A DNA stretch of 64,000 nucleotides, from contig JAHLTZ010000007.1 in assembly GCA_025786725.1 (NCBI GenBank), positions 434,001 to 498,000 of the forward strand. Reading direction: 5' to 3'. Of this stretch, positions 39,403 to 53,600 are shown piece after piece. Made by a program: the position numbers and the translations under genes. Below the pieces are notes generated by a model that saw nothing but the letters and a program-made list of their open reading frames with translations, did no database searches and was not told the origin of the DNA. Origin of the DNA: Syncephalis fuscata S228 (lineage: Eukaryota; Fungi; Zoopagomycota). Every line of letters starts with the position of its first letter. Position 1 is the stretch's first letter.

Positions 39403-42400
39403 ATGAGTAGTAACCAATCGCCGCGGCCTAATCAGAACCGCTATACAGTATCAATGAGGAATGGAGGCGGTAATTCTAACCGAAGACGAAACAATCAATC
39501 TAAGGGACCTAGAAGACCCAATGCTTCTCCATCAAGGTCATTAACGTCACGTATATAAAATAGCCGTATTAATAATATATTGAATAGGAATCAGTCAGGG
39601 AATGACTATGACCAATATGGTGCTAGTTATGAACCAGCCTATAATAAAGATAATCCTCCTGTATCCAGTTGGGATACCAGTCCAGTCGATGATAACAACC
39701 ATGTAGAGGTGGAATCAGGATGGGGCAAGATCAATGACACAGTAGTAGATACGCCATGGGGTGAAGTCAATAAAGATGTCATAGATACACCGTGGGGTGA
39801 TGCACCCACTCCAGCACCATTAAAACACCTTCTGTTAAATACAATAACAGTCAACAACAACAACAAGATGACGTAGATCAATTAAATAATCAATTTGAAG
39901 CCATGACTGTTCCAAGTTACAACAACAACAACAATACAAATGATATCAATAACACACAATATCCATATGATATGAATACACGTCAAGATGACGTCAGTAT
40001 GGTGGTACCACCTGTTACATCTAATGATATATATTCAAATAAGGATAGCCTAAGTGGAAATACCGGATTAAATAGTAATCAATATGAATCACGTCAATTG
40101 TCACCATCAAGAGATCAATTACAGAGACAGTCATCGCCTATCCATAGTGTGGAGAGACGTAGTAATTATAGTAATGACTATACGGATAGACCAAGAGATA
40201 CATATAATGATGAAGATGTGAACAAGATAGATCAATGAATAGACAACAACACAGACCGGGATCTAGACAGCCATCTCATACTGGATCACATAGTGGATCA
40301 CATACTGGATCTAATCTAGGATATGATAGATCATCAGCTCATTCATCGTCAACACCATCATTTACAGATCCATCTCATTCACCATCACCACCACCGTCTA
40401 CTATAACAATAACACCACCACCAGTAAAGACACCAGAGTCAAGAGGTCCACGGAGATTAGATCGTAGTTTGAGAACGTCTAACAACACATCAATGACACC
40501 GTCTAGAACAACACCTATGAGATCATCTATACATCCGCCAGTTCATGTATCTACTCAGCGTGATGATTATAATAATTCAATGACAAGACCGTCACCGCCT
40601 ATAGTTAATTCACCTAATCGATATAACAACGATGATACTAGATCCAATTATAATGATCGTGACATTGATACTAGATCAAATATTGGTTTCAATGATCGCA
40701 ATATCGATAATAGTCGATACAATAATAATTACAACAACCGTAATATTGATACTAGATCCAATGCTGGTTTTAATGATCGTGATTTTGATACTCGTTCTAA
40801 TGTCGGTTATAATGGTCGCAACATAGATAACAGTCGATATAATAATGCTTACAATGATCGTAATGATGATACTCGCTCTAATATGGGTTACAATGATCGT
40901 AACAATAACAATTACAATGATCGTAATATTGATACTCGATCTAATTACAATGACCGTAATGATAACAGTCGATACAACGACTACAATGATCGAAATTTTA
41001 ATACCAGATCTAACTACAATGATCGTAATGTTGATACTCGTTCTAATGTCAATTACAACGACCGTGATTTCGATACTCGTTTTAATACCGGTTACAATGA
41101 TCGTAATGTTGATACTCGTTCTAATATGGGTTACAATGATCGTAACAGCAACAATTACAATGACCGTAATATTGATACTCGATCTAATTACAATGACCGT
41201 AATGATAATAGTCGAGTTGATACATCACGTGATCCATATAGTAGAGATCCAGCACCTCAACCATCATACAATACAGCTACAGATCAACCATATGATTATA
41301 TTGGACATGATGGCCTATTGGAGAATAGATTCAATGATGGCAGTCAATACGAGCGCAATTCAAGACAACATGATAAAAGTGTATTTGACCAAGATGATAA
41401 TGTACCTAAATGGGATATGGTTTCTAATATTAATGGTGCCATTGCCCGTTACATTGAACAGTAAGTATAACGCGAATATAAATATAGATGCTACAAATGC
41501 TAATATATTTATAGCTTTATGAGATTGAATAATATGGAATTGGAAGAGGAAGAGAATAAAATGGATATGCGTATTCATCAATGGGGTATTCATCGATTAC
41601 AAGAAGAGGGCCTTGTTCTATTAGATATGCAAGGTGAAATGCAGAGTAAACTTTATAGCATGCATGTTATTGTATTCCGTCCATCTAGAGGTAGAAGACT
41701 GCCTTATAATAACTTTATGCAAGGTGATATGCTTAAAGCATCTAGAGATTTACCGACAGATGAATGTGCATGGGATATGACTGTATTGAATAAGACGGCG
41801 AATGAATTGCATGTTATCACGCGTAGACCGCCTCCAGATCTACATGAGGATGTGTGGCGACTTGATCAAGCCTTTTCACCTATTCCCTATCAACGGTAAT
41901 AGATATATGTTAGTGTATATATAAGTGTATACTAATTTTTGATATAGAACGGAAAAGGCTTTACTTTCATTGTGTCAGACAGGTACAGGCAGTGATGTAC
42001 ACGAGCGGGATAGACGACGTGAACGACAAGCACAAGAACAGCAAGATTATGAATCAGATAGAAATTACATGAAGACAGTCGATAATCCACGTCCATTAAA
42101 GAAAGAAGGAGCAGCATTTATTGGCACCACATTACGTGATGTACTTGTAGCCAGTGATACACGTGCACTTGCTGGTAGGTGTACATAGAAATACATAGAA
42201 ATACATATATATATATATATTAATATATTTACCATTTAATATATAATAGCTCAACCTTCGGGTCTGTTCGATAATTATCCTCAGATGCAAGAATGGCTTA
42301 AGGGACCGGCTGATGAATCGGAAATTTTACGTAATTCTAATTTAATGAATAATCATGATCGACCACCTAAAGAAACAAAGGCACTTAATCGTTCGCAGAT

Positions 42401-44419
42401 ATCTGCAGTTAAATTGGCATTAAATAATAGATTTTCATTAATTGTTGGTGTAAGTAATTAATAATGATTAAGATATTAATATATTAGAGTAGTAATGATA
42501 ATAATAATTATTATTATTTATTTATTTATAACTTATTTATATTAGCCACCTGGTACGGGTAAAACAACGGTAAATGATTTTATTTGTATTTAATTGATTA
42601 ATTAGTGAATTATTAACTTTTTTAATTTAATTATTTTTTACTTATCAATATAAATAGACAACAGTTAGATTGGTGCAGGTTGTACGTAAACTGACTAATG
42701 CTGAAATTCCTATTCTGGTTTGTGCCAAGACTAATGTGGCCGTTGATAATTGTAAGTTATATTAATAAATGCAATATACAATATATAATAGTAATGGACT
42801 TTAATGGATTTTAATGGATTTTAATGGCTATTTTGATAGTATTGGATGGTTTATTAGCAGCGGGTGTTGATGCTATTAGAGTTGGTGTAGTGGCCCGTGT
42901 TCGTACTGATTTACAGCATGCTACATTGGATGCAGAGATGGAAAAGCATCCACAATATAATCAATTAAAGAAATATCAAGATCAGTTGGAACGATTAAGA
43001 GGAGCAGCAAAAAACCAAGAGAAAAAAGGCCACGGTAAATATAGTATAATATCAATAAGTGAATGAATGAGTGAATAACAATCCAATACTTAATATAATA
43101 GCACTTAAACAATTAAAGACCGGTACTCAGAAAGTGGATCTTTTAAGTACAGATATTGTTAAAGATGTATTAAGTAAGAATCAAGTGGTTTGTGCTACTT
43201 GTATCGGTGCAGGATCTAGTCAGCTTAAAGTAAGTAATAATGGTGATGACAATAATAATGAGTTATGACTATAGAAATGGTTAATTAATACATTTTATTG
43301 AAAAAAGGGCTATCGATTTTCATTAGTTGTTATTGATGAAGGATCTCAGTGTACTGAACCTGAATGTGTTATTCCATTAGCTAAAGGTGCTAAACATGCT
43401 ATTATTGTTGGCGACCACTGCCAATTACCACCGGTGATTGTAAGTCGTGACGCTGGCCGACAAGGACTTAACTTTTCGCTATTTGACCGTTTACTAAGAC
43501 GTGGTAAGATTAGTGGCTATATAATAATGATACACTTATATACCTATATCTATTAATGTATTTAGAGGTGCCAAGTGTGATGTTGGATGTACAATATCGT
43601 ATGCATCCTAGTATTTGCGCATTTCCTAGTGAAATGTTTTATGATGGCCGACTTAAGAATGGTATTGAGCCACACGATAGACCAGTACCTATTCTACCTT
43701 CATTACCCGGCCTACCCGGTAGTGGTATGGTTGATTTTGTATTACCGCCTGTGCTCTTCGTTGATTTGAAAGAAGGCACTGAAGCACGTATCAGTAATGG
43801 ATCAGTTAAGAATGAACGAGAAATTGATATGGTTATCCATTTATTACACGACTTAATGGATCATAATCAAACATTGTCACTGCGAGATATTGGCGTTATT
43901 ACATTTTATGCTGAACAGCGTCGATCGATTCAAGAAGCAGTTCAAGATGATAAGATATTATTAAGAAATACGCAGCCCAACTATAATGGTCGTGGCAATC
44001 GCCGTTCACCCAATAACAATAACAACAATAGTTATCGCCAATCACAAGATGTACGTAGTTATGCCAATAAGAAGGATAATCTAATGGGCATTGCTGAAGA
44101 AGATTTACTTGAAGTACATACCGTCGATGGATTTCAAGGAAGAGAAAAGGAGGTCATTATTATGAGTACGGTACGAGCCAATCATCGTGGTGTGATTGGT
44201 TTTCTTAATGACTGGCGTCGACTTAACGTGGCCATTACACGTGCCCGTCGTTTATTAATCATTGTGGGTAATGTAAGCACATTGATTTACGACGAGCACT
44301 GGGACGGTCTTATTAAGAGAACGTCTGAAAGTGTAGATGCGGCCATTATTCATGGCGATACGTATTTGGCCGATAAAGAACAGGCCAGAGGACATTCCAC
44401 AATGCGTGTTCGCTATTAA
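39403..44419 (+). CDS. UPF1-like (DNA2/NAM7) superfamily 1 helicase with a long low-complexity N-terminus
   Basis: G|PPGTGKT (split by an intron); ILVCAKTNVAVDN; VVIDEGSQCTEPE; VGDHCQLPP; SLFDRL; LDVQYRMHPSI; HTVDGFQGREKE; RRLNVAITRARR. No Upf1 CH zinc domain seen. Confidence 0.9.
40620..41225 (+). repeat. Coding tandem repeats (YNDRNIDTRSN-type) in the helicase N-terminus
   Basis: Many copies of aatgatcgt/gatactcg units. About 40868-40970 recurs nearly exactly at about 41111-41213. Confidence 0.9.
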
Positions 44420-44702
44420 CGAATAGAGTATATCTAAAATACTACAGTTTAGATATATTCTAATTCGTTTATTTAGCTTTTTTCAATTTCTTTTCTTTTA
44501 CATTTTGCCATTTATTAAAATTACTTTACATTGATACTTAATAGACAATTATGCACTGTCTAGCTATATTTTTATTGATCGGATATATACGTGCACTAGG
44601 CATATCATAGCAATTATTGACACGATAATAGTAGTGATGCTAATAAAAAGAGTACTAATAAAAACAACTGTGTAATAGTAGTAATAATAGCAATGATACT
44701 AA

Positions 44703-45602
44703 TTAGCGTCGTTCACTATACTGATTATTACTATTGCTGGTACTGCTATGATGACGTCGTTGATGGTGTGAGCTTGGTGATCTTGAACGAGAGCGTCGTC
44801 GTGATTTACTATGGCTTTCCCGTTCTTCGTGGTCACGTGATCCACGTTGTGATCGTTTCTCGCGTACCGTTAATCGTTGTGCTTCTTCGAGTTCACGTCG
44901 AATGGCCCGACCTGGATGACGTAAATGCATAAAGTTGCAGAAACCACCACGATCACACTCGCCATTCTCATATTGTCGACAGCAGGCCTCAGAGAAATCG
45001 GTTACAGGCGATAACTCTACGAATAATGGTCGACCTATTCAATAAATTAATTAGTATATATTAGTAAAACATTCATATGTACTATATAACTTACCGGCAT
45101 AGAATCGCTTGTTTAGTTCTTCCATGGCCCGTTGTGCGTCTTCTTCATATGCAAAGCGTACGTAAACATTACCGACTAAATGATCGCCGACATTGTCGCA
45201 TACACGCATATCTTCAACTTCGCCGTATTTGCAGAATTCCATAAAAATATCCTCGTAGAACAGATCAAAGTGCGATTGCAATTGTTCTTTGTCTAGTTGG
45301 CAGTTAGGATCGAGTGCGGGATTCTGATAGAAGTTGGCAATAAGAACTGTTTGCGAAAAGTTTGGCTTGACATGTTTACGCGAACAGCGTTCGCCGTGTC
45401 GGCATGCACCGATCTTGAAGTAGAACGAGCAATTGACTCTATGAGATGATTTAACGGTTAGTCATGAAGCTTGAAATACGCGACGATTATATTTAATTAT
45501 TCTAAAACAAATACTAATAATAACAGCAATCGCGATCGCGATCAAAAAAGCTACTTACTTATCCTTTTCTGTACCGTAGATAGACGCAAGATGCTCGGCC
45601 AT
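44703..45602 (-). CDS. U2AF1: Splicing factor U2AF small subunit (U2AF35), 3 exons
   Basis: [14 protein letters not shown]; [22 protein letters not shown]; [17 protein letters not shown]; [29 protein letters not shown]; RS tail. Confidence 0.97.
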
Positions 45603-46134
45603 GATAATAGCGTTAATCAGGTAAACAATACAAAAGTTACTGGGCAATTAAACAAATAAATGGAAGAAAGAAAGAAAGAGAAAGAGAAAGAAAGTACTGA
45701 ATGAGTTGCGTTGTTATTAATATTAATAATATTAAAATAATCACACGATGATAACATTGCTTAATTATTATTAATTGGAATCAAATTGTTTTAATAAATA
45801 AATAGTCTGTATAAATATTTGCAAGTGCTTTATTTATAATCTAAATGTTTGTATCAATTTAAGCAACTGTAATATTTAATAAAAGGTATTCAAAAAACCT
45901 TTTGCCTACTTGCTTTATACACTATTGAGATAATAGATTCATTTGTACAAGTATCTTTTATCGTTTTCAGTTTATTTAATATTAAACAAAAAATGGACTG
46001 TGAATACGACCAGTGTACATGTCAATAAACCAATTTTAACCTCGTTTTTCTATTAATTATTGTACATAAAGATTCAATAAATGGAGTCAACTTAAGGTAT
46101 GATGGAAATTCAGTTGAATGTAGTAGATTGCTAT

Positions 46135-47950
46135 TCAAGCATTCAAAATATCAAATGTCCCATCGCCATGGACAACAACTAACTTTTCACTATATAATTT
46201 TGCAATAGTTGTACAGTTTATAGTTCGAGTCCATACTATACGTCCTTGGTCAGAACTATCGATTGGCAATAACTGGCCGAGATCTCTGGCGTCAAACATT
46301 GATTGGGACAAATCTTTTGACGAAGATTTCTCCAATGCAAATAGCGATAATAAAGCTTTAAACGTGTGCATTGGATACCGCTCTTGCATTTTCCCATCAT
46401 ATACACTTATTAAACACATTCCTTCTGTATATGTTTCAGCCTTGATTATGGCATTCGAGCAATATGGAATGGTGATTTGATTTGATAATATTTTTTTGCA
46501 CTGAGATTGGTCTTTTTGGACGTCAAATAATTCCCATTGAACATGCATTAACCGATTGCTATTACTAAAAGCCGACAAATTTTGAGCAGTATAAGCTATA
46601 TAAGTGGAGTCATACTCTATAGAGCTAGGCGCTAATGTCCATGTTAGCAATTGGCATTGGCCACTAGAAGCAAATTGAATACATGTACATGAGACATGGC
46701 TGCTTAATCTTGGCCCTTCTATCCACTGTTTTCCCACCAAGTCAAGAAAATCAAACCTTTTGTAGAGATCTTGCATACTTTTAGTTTGTAAAAGGACATG
46801 GTTGTTGTAAATGCCAACTAAACAAGATACACCATGACCTTCCCAACTTTGACTTTTGTCCTGAAGATAAATAATATTTGGAGATGAATAGCCAGCATCG
46901 GGCCATACTATAATAGCCTCTCGCAGGCTGCTTGTTCGTTCTTTTGCGGATTCAGTAGTCGAAGCAATAGATGGAGATTTGTCTAAATTGTTAGAAACCT
47001 CAAGCTTGTTTTCTTTAATATACTCCGCTTCCATTTCAGCTAAGTTTACTATTGTCAGCTACATTAGTAAATACTACCGTAGTCACTAAAACTAATAATA
47101 AAAAATTACCTATTGGGTCGCCAATAGCCACACTGTTCACGTCACCATAAGTGTCCATAGAAATATGAGCCACAATGAATTGATTTACTCCATAGACTGA
47201 GTGGGTTTGCACTATTTTCTTGAATAAAGGCGATGCTAGAGAAGTAATCAATTCTCTTTCAATCAGCTGCTCGTCATTGTGTGTACTTTTTTGGTTAAAG
47301 AGATTGTACTGAATTGACCAAATTTTTGTTTCTTGTTTACACCACACCAATGTATACCAGCGATTTACTTCAACTAGCTCCAGCTCAGAGTATTTATCAA
47401 TTGGCAAATCGCATATCCACTTTTTGAATTGGTCTGCCGTAAGTTTGCGGTTGATATGTCGGCGCCAGCGATAGGCGTAAAACCAATTAATGGTATCAAG
47501 GTTAGAGACGGGTGGTAAATCGCCAACAGGCAATATAAGCTCATAATCATCAGTATCAATTGTTGTAATAGTATTGAAACTAAATACAGATGATGGGTCG
47601 TCAACAGGTGATATAAGTTCATAATCAGCATCATCAGCTGTTATAACATTATATGTTGACAAATCTTCATGTGTTGTTTGGTTTACATTAAGTGAAGGCT
47701 TGTTTGATTCTTTTGCAGCATTAATGTGCCAGCTATACCATGTAAGCCAACTTTGTTCACGCTGATCACCTAGACAAAATTTGTATCTATATTGTTGTTC
47801 CCAATAATCAGGATGATCAACTATCATTTGATGAAGAAATCGACAGCACGTGGCAAAACGTACCACATCTCGCTCTTCCATAAAATTAAACAAATGCAAT
47901 AAAACATCGTAGTTTTGCCAAAAGTACTTGTTATGAATACTTGAAGCCAT
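46135..47950 (-). CDS. F-box-like protein, copy A (one 61-nt intron at 47049-47109; C-terminal ~50 aa disrupted)
   Basis: F-box-like DVLLHLFNFMEERDVVRFATCCRFLHQMI..DYW. The intron gtaatt...gctgacaatag joins the two listed ORFs in frame. Homology to copy B continues past the stop at 46135 in shifted frames. Confidence 0.72.
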
Positions 47951-48006
47951 GGTTAGCTAGAAATAGCTACGTCAAAATTGTTATATGATAGACAGAATGG
48001 ACAGCA
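46183..48006. repeat. ~1.82-kb near-identical direct duplicate of 55655-57478
   Basis: Translations are identical up to ...LYSEKL; constant offset of 9472 bp; I saw only one substitution, just upstream of the ATG. Confidence 0.95.
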
Positions 48007-50526
48007 GGAAGTGTAAGTAGGAAGAAAAAACATGTATGCCTTTGAGTTGTTTTTGTCCTATTTAAAGTAAAATGGTTACATAATAGCGCATATTTACAAT
48101 ATAAATATTTTTATATTTAATAAAAACCAATAATAATCAGTATTATTATATATTATATGTAGTTTAGAAAGTATTTATAACAAATGTCTATTCAAATAGC
48201 TGTGTTACTCCTAAATAATCAAATAGTGTGATTTAAAATGTTGCTGCGCATTAACTGTAGTGGGTATATGATAAAATGACACTTTGGCTGTGGATAAACT
48301 ACTACTATCAAGACGTATAAGCATCTAAATTTTTTAGATAGTATTTGGTATAATTAGATTGTTACAATTTCAAAGCCTAGATATTGTAAAAAGTGGCTAA
48401 GCAATAGGAAATTGAAGGAAGAGCAATGATAATTTAGTTGCAATAAAGCAATTTTAACTGTGTTCTACTTGATTTCACGGCGATTCAGTCAAAGTACAGT
48501 TACTATCAACTAACTGATACAGTAGCTTGCTTGTAAAATTCTAATAATTTAGTTTGTATAAAATTTAATTAAAATTAGTAATATTTTTCTTATATTCTGA
48601 TATAATTATCGTGGATATCGGGTTTAATGGAAGGTAGGCTTTTGATGTTTTTAATCTTGTTTTTATTTATACTAAAGGCATAATTGTAAACTAAATTCTA
48701 AACATATTTTTCTTCTTTTATTGCGCATCTTATTTTTGTTAATATATAACAAAATAGTTTGATTGTATTTTATGATTTTATGGACAGTATATGTGATCAC
48801 ATTATTGTACCTTTAGCGATAAGGCAGCATATGGTACAAATATTGTGACGTACAGAAAAAACGTTATAGATATTAAGGGGAAGGGGGTTGTGGTGGCCTA
48901 AACAGTCAACACGTCTTTTCTTGGGAGAAAAATGTTGGTTCGCTTAGTTTTAAATCTTGTTTTTAGGAAATGCGTTACGAAATTCTTCCGTAAAAGAAAC
49001 GATTGATATTCCAACACGTAAGGAGAGCCACCAACAGTTTCCGTTGTAAATGGCAGGTTCTGCGTTGCGCGCGGATAGATTCGAAATAAACCGTCTATTT
49101 TTCTATGGGTGGCAGGTAAATGCCGCAAATGCATGGTTAGGTTCCACGGGCCATTGTCTTGCTTAAACTAATAAATTCAAATTCAAATACCTACTCTTGC
49201 AAGCGTTTAAATAATTCTTGGAGTTATTGATTAAATCAACGAGTGTGTAGATATAAATATAATTAAGAAACTCACAATGCGCTTGCAAATATTTTATGTA
49301 CAAACAATTAGCATTACAGAGTATAGTGGCAATAAAATATCGCCTAATCACTAGCGTTTACCTATTTAATTTTATACAAGTAACTGTGCTATTACATAGA
49401 CACTTTGTAGTTTTATTTAATGTTATGTACAATGCTTTCTGTTTGCTGCGTTTTATTTCTGTTTAAAGTTATTGTTCTATTTGCATCAGCTTAGCCTAAC
49501 TATAGCGATTTGCTATATGTTAAACCAGTAAATTTTTGAGCTGTCAATTGTTTTCCATCGATTTCTGATTTGGCTTGTTCCTCTATATTCCATTTTGCTT
49601 AACTTGTCAGAATTGGTTTTTAGAAATATGGGCAGCACTTAGGCCTTGGATGATTACCTGCTAATATGCAATTCATTGACATTATGCACTCGAAATTGCT
49701 GGTATTTGTCTAGGATTGTTGATGTGCCAAGCCTCCGTTTACATGTTACATTGCATAGAATTTAGGCAATAAAATTTATTTTATAAACGAAAACTAACAA
49801 CAGCAGCGGTCATCTGGAATGTCTTATTATTAAAAATACCGTGATGAATTACAGCACAACAATACTTATCGTATAGTCGATTCCAGGTATTTTAGATTGG
49901 TCGCCATTTGAATGATGCCAGTTGCACAACATGTAGCATGATATGCCTGGATGTGATACATTGTGAATTCAAAACAACGACTACCCCTGTAACAATAGGC
50001 ATAGTGCCGAATGAAATGCATACATGTACCAATCAACACACCTTGTATAATTTAAAGAATTACAGCTGATTTATGTATGACAGTAAAAACCTGTATAAAA
50101 GACCAGTTTGATACATTAAACTTGTTTTGCATCAGTATTGTTGCTATTTTTGTATGTATACGGATAGTGAAGACCAAATCGGTAGAAATGGCAGCAAAAA
50201 CATCATTATCGTTTTCACGAAACCAAGCAATATACTTGTTTTTGCCAAATAGTTAAATCGTGTAACAGAAAATACAGACTAATATGCATATTTTATCACA
50301 TGTACTGGGTTATTACCATTACTGTGACATTTGTGCAAATGTCGAGAAAATCAAAGTAAAGGCTGGACAGATTGAAATCAAGACTGGGAAGCATGATGTC
50401 ACACCATGAATCTATTGGTACACTCGCACCTCAAACCATGATTTGGATTGCTTTATTGGTTCATATTATGCATCAATGGTATATCTCGTACACTACAGTA
50501 TACTAGCATCTCAGCATAGCCGTAAG

Positions 50527-50532
50527 TATAAA
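50527..50532 (+). promoter_or_regulatory. TATA box of micro-exon gene copy 2
   Basis: TATAAA 140 nt upstream of ATG 50667, followed by a C/A/T-rich leader and cacc-ATG context. Confidence 0.55.
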
Positions 50533-50666
50533 TAGCCCACAGAATATACACATCCAACTGCGGTATTATCATCACATTCTACTTCTTACTAAACACACAC
50601 TACTCCTTACTTTATACCAACCACATTCTACTATCTCTCTTATTTGTTTAACAAGTCGACATCACC

Positions 50667-53600
50667 ATGAAGCTTTCCATTGCCGTCATCTGCACTATCG
50701 TTGTGGCTCTTGTGGCCAGTACGGTCATGGTGGATGCTAATCCAGCTTTAGTTCGTCGTGGTATGTTACAATAACAATAAATATGACATATTATTATGCT
50801 TACTAACAACATTTTTAAACAATTATTATAATAGATCGTAAGTGATATTGTATATTATTTTATTTTTATTTTGAAAGCTTGTGGATCCCTACTATATATA
50901 ATTGCGAATTTGTACTGCTTCTTCGTTTCTGCTAAATAATGTGGCGTTTTTGAAACCAAGTGGGCCGCCACATTTTTGCGTAAAGCCGGTCCTGTCAATC
51001 TCACACTGGGGCCGCTGTATTAATTGGCGCCCTAACAGAGCTCCACTTAATATGGCCACAGATGTATTGCTTGTCTATGACTCTACTGGCTTTGACCTTT
51101 GTTACAGGACCTTTTTACACTCGGTAATACCTAATTGCTGGCTATTGCTGTTTCACTTTCTTCATGGCTTTCCTTCTTGCTGTGCTTGTTTTGTTCATTT
51201 CTCAGTATCTGCTTCGTATTTTCGCATCTTTCTACTGCATCCGGTATGGGTTGGCTATTTGAAATCATTGTACTTGTTCTTATTGCCTATTATTGACTAT
51301 ATAATTGCTATTATTTTATTTTATTTTACTTGTTTTCTTAATACCATTATTGTCTCTGGCTGGGCTTTTCTGTCTGACTACATTTACTCTGCGCTGCACC
51401 CATTACCTTACTTTTTGGATTGCTGATTGCAAACGCGCTTATACTTGTCTGCACCTTCCTATTTTGTAACTGTTATTTCCACGTTCTCCATTGCCATATC
51501 ACTCTCGTCACTATATTCTGTTCTTTGCTGACTTGGCACTTTACATCTTCCTTTTCTTCTACTGATATTGCTCGCTCGTCTTCTAGCAGCATCTCTTTTT
51601 TCCAATTACTTAAATCTCCACCACTATTTATCCCTTTCGGTTGGCGGTGGTATTATATATTAACTAACTATGCACCAATTACATATCATGTACTGTATTC
51701 ATCAACAACTTAATACTAATAGGCTGTAAGTTATATTGTATATTAATTGATTACTTACTAATTACATGTTATGCATCATGTGCATCAATGACTTAATACT
51801 AATAGGCAGTAAGTAGTATTGTATATTACTAGCTTATATATTAATTATATACCATGTATTACGTATATCAATAACTTAATACCATAGAGGGTAAGTTGTA
51901 TTGTGCATCCACTGATTATGTGCTAATTATATACCATGTATTGTATCAACAACTTAATACTAATAGATTGTAAGTTGTATTGTATATTAATTGAGCATTG
52001 ACTAATTACATGTTATACACTATATGTATCAATAACTTAATACTGGTAGGCGGTAAGTGATATTGTATATTGGTGGTTTATAAATTAATTATGTGCGATG
52101 CACTGTGTGTATCGATAACTTGATGGAATAGTTGGCAAGTAACATTACATATTAACTAAATATACGCTGATTATATCAATATATTGCGTGTGTATTAATG
52201 ACTTGATATAAATAGGCGGTAAGTTGTATTGTATATTAATTGAACATTAGCTAATTATATATTGCCTGTTGTGCATATCAATAACTTAATACTAATAGGA
52301 TGTAAGTAATATTGTATATTAATTGAGCACTGGCTAATCATATATTATGCACCGTGTATATTAATAACTTAATGATAGGTCGTAAGTAGCATTATATGTG
52401 CTGACTTATAAATTAATTATATAACATGCACTGTGTCCATCAACAACTTAATATAATAGGTCGTAAGTGATACTATACATTAATTGAATATAAACTAATC
52501 ATGCAATATATACTGTATGTATAAACAACTTAATATTAACAGATCGTAAGTAGTATTGTATATTAACTATATCATTTACTAATTGTACCAATAATTTAAT
52601 ATTAATAGAACGTAAGCGGTATTGTACATTATTGGACTATACATTAACTATGCTGTCTACTGATTGTACTAATTATTTAACATTAATAGAAGGTAAGTAG
52701 TATTGTGTATTAATTGGGTATACATTAACTGCTATTTACTGTATGCATTAACAACTAAATATAATAGGTCGTAAGTAATAGTATATATTAACTGAATATA
52801 CATTAACTATGTTATTTACTGATTATACCAATTATTTGATATTAATAGCTGGTAAGTTTTATTATATATTAACTGACTATACATTAACTATGCTATTTAT
52901 TGCTGGTATCAATTATTTAATATCAATAGACCGTAAGTGATATTGTATATTAACTGAATATACATTAACTATGCTATTTACTGATTGTGTCAATTATTTA
53001 ATATTAATAGATTGTAAGTAATATTGTATAGTAGCTGACTATACACTAATTATAATATTTACTGATTGTACCGATTATTCAATATTAATAGCTGGTAAGT
53101 GACATTGTATTTAACTGGCTATACATTAAAAATGCTTTTTACTGATTGTACCAATTGTTTAACATTAATAGATCGTAAGTAATATTCTGTATTAATTATA
53201 CATTAACTATGTTATTTACTAATTATTTAACATTAATAGGTCGTAAGTGATATTGTATATTAAATTTCTAATCACTAATTATGTGCTATGCACTATGTGT
53301 ATCAATTATTTATATTAATAGCTAGTAAGTAACATTGCATATCAACTGACTGCTCACTAATTACGTGTTATGCACTGTATGCATCAACAACCTTATTAAT
53401 AGGCTGTATGTGAAATTTTGTATCAATTAACTATGTACTAATCACATGCCGTTTATTGTATGCATCAATAACTTAATATGATAGGCAGTAAGTAACATTG
53501 TATATTAACTGATTATGCATTGATTATATCAATTATTTAACATTAATAGAACGTAAGCAATATTGTGTATTAATTGACTATACATTAACTATACTATTTA

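Noticed and set aside
40632-41522. Met/Ile/Thr-rich ORFs (64 and 225 aa)
   Set aside because: Alternate-frame shadows of the NDR coding repeat.
47034-47038. TGA-a-ATG junction as stop-restart, readthrough or two adjacent genes (also at 56506-56510)
   Set aside because: A 61-nt GT-AG intron with a GCTGAC branch site joins the two ORFs in frame.
49400-50450. Moderately GC-rich stretch that could be a decayed gene
   Set aside because: No listed ORF and no motif I can recognise. A translated search would be needed.
50902-51713. Hydrophobic ORFs of 174 and 97 aa
   Set aside because: Non-ATG starts, F/L/C-rich by-products of the T-rich strand of the intronic insertion.
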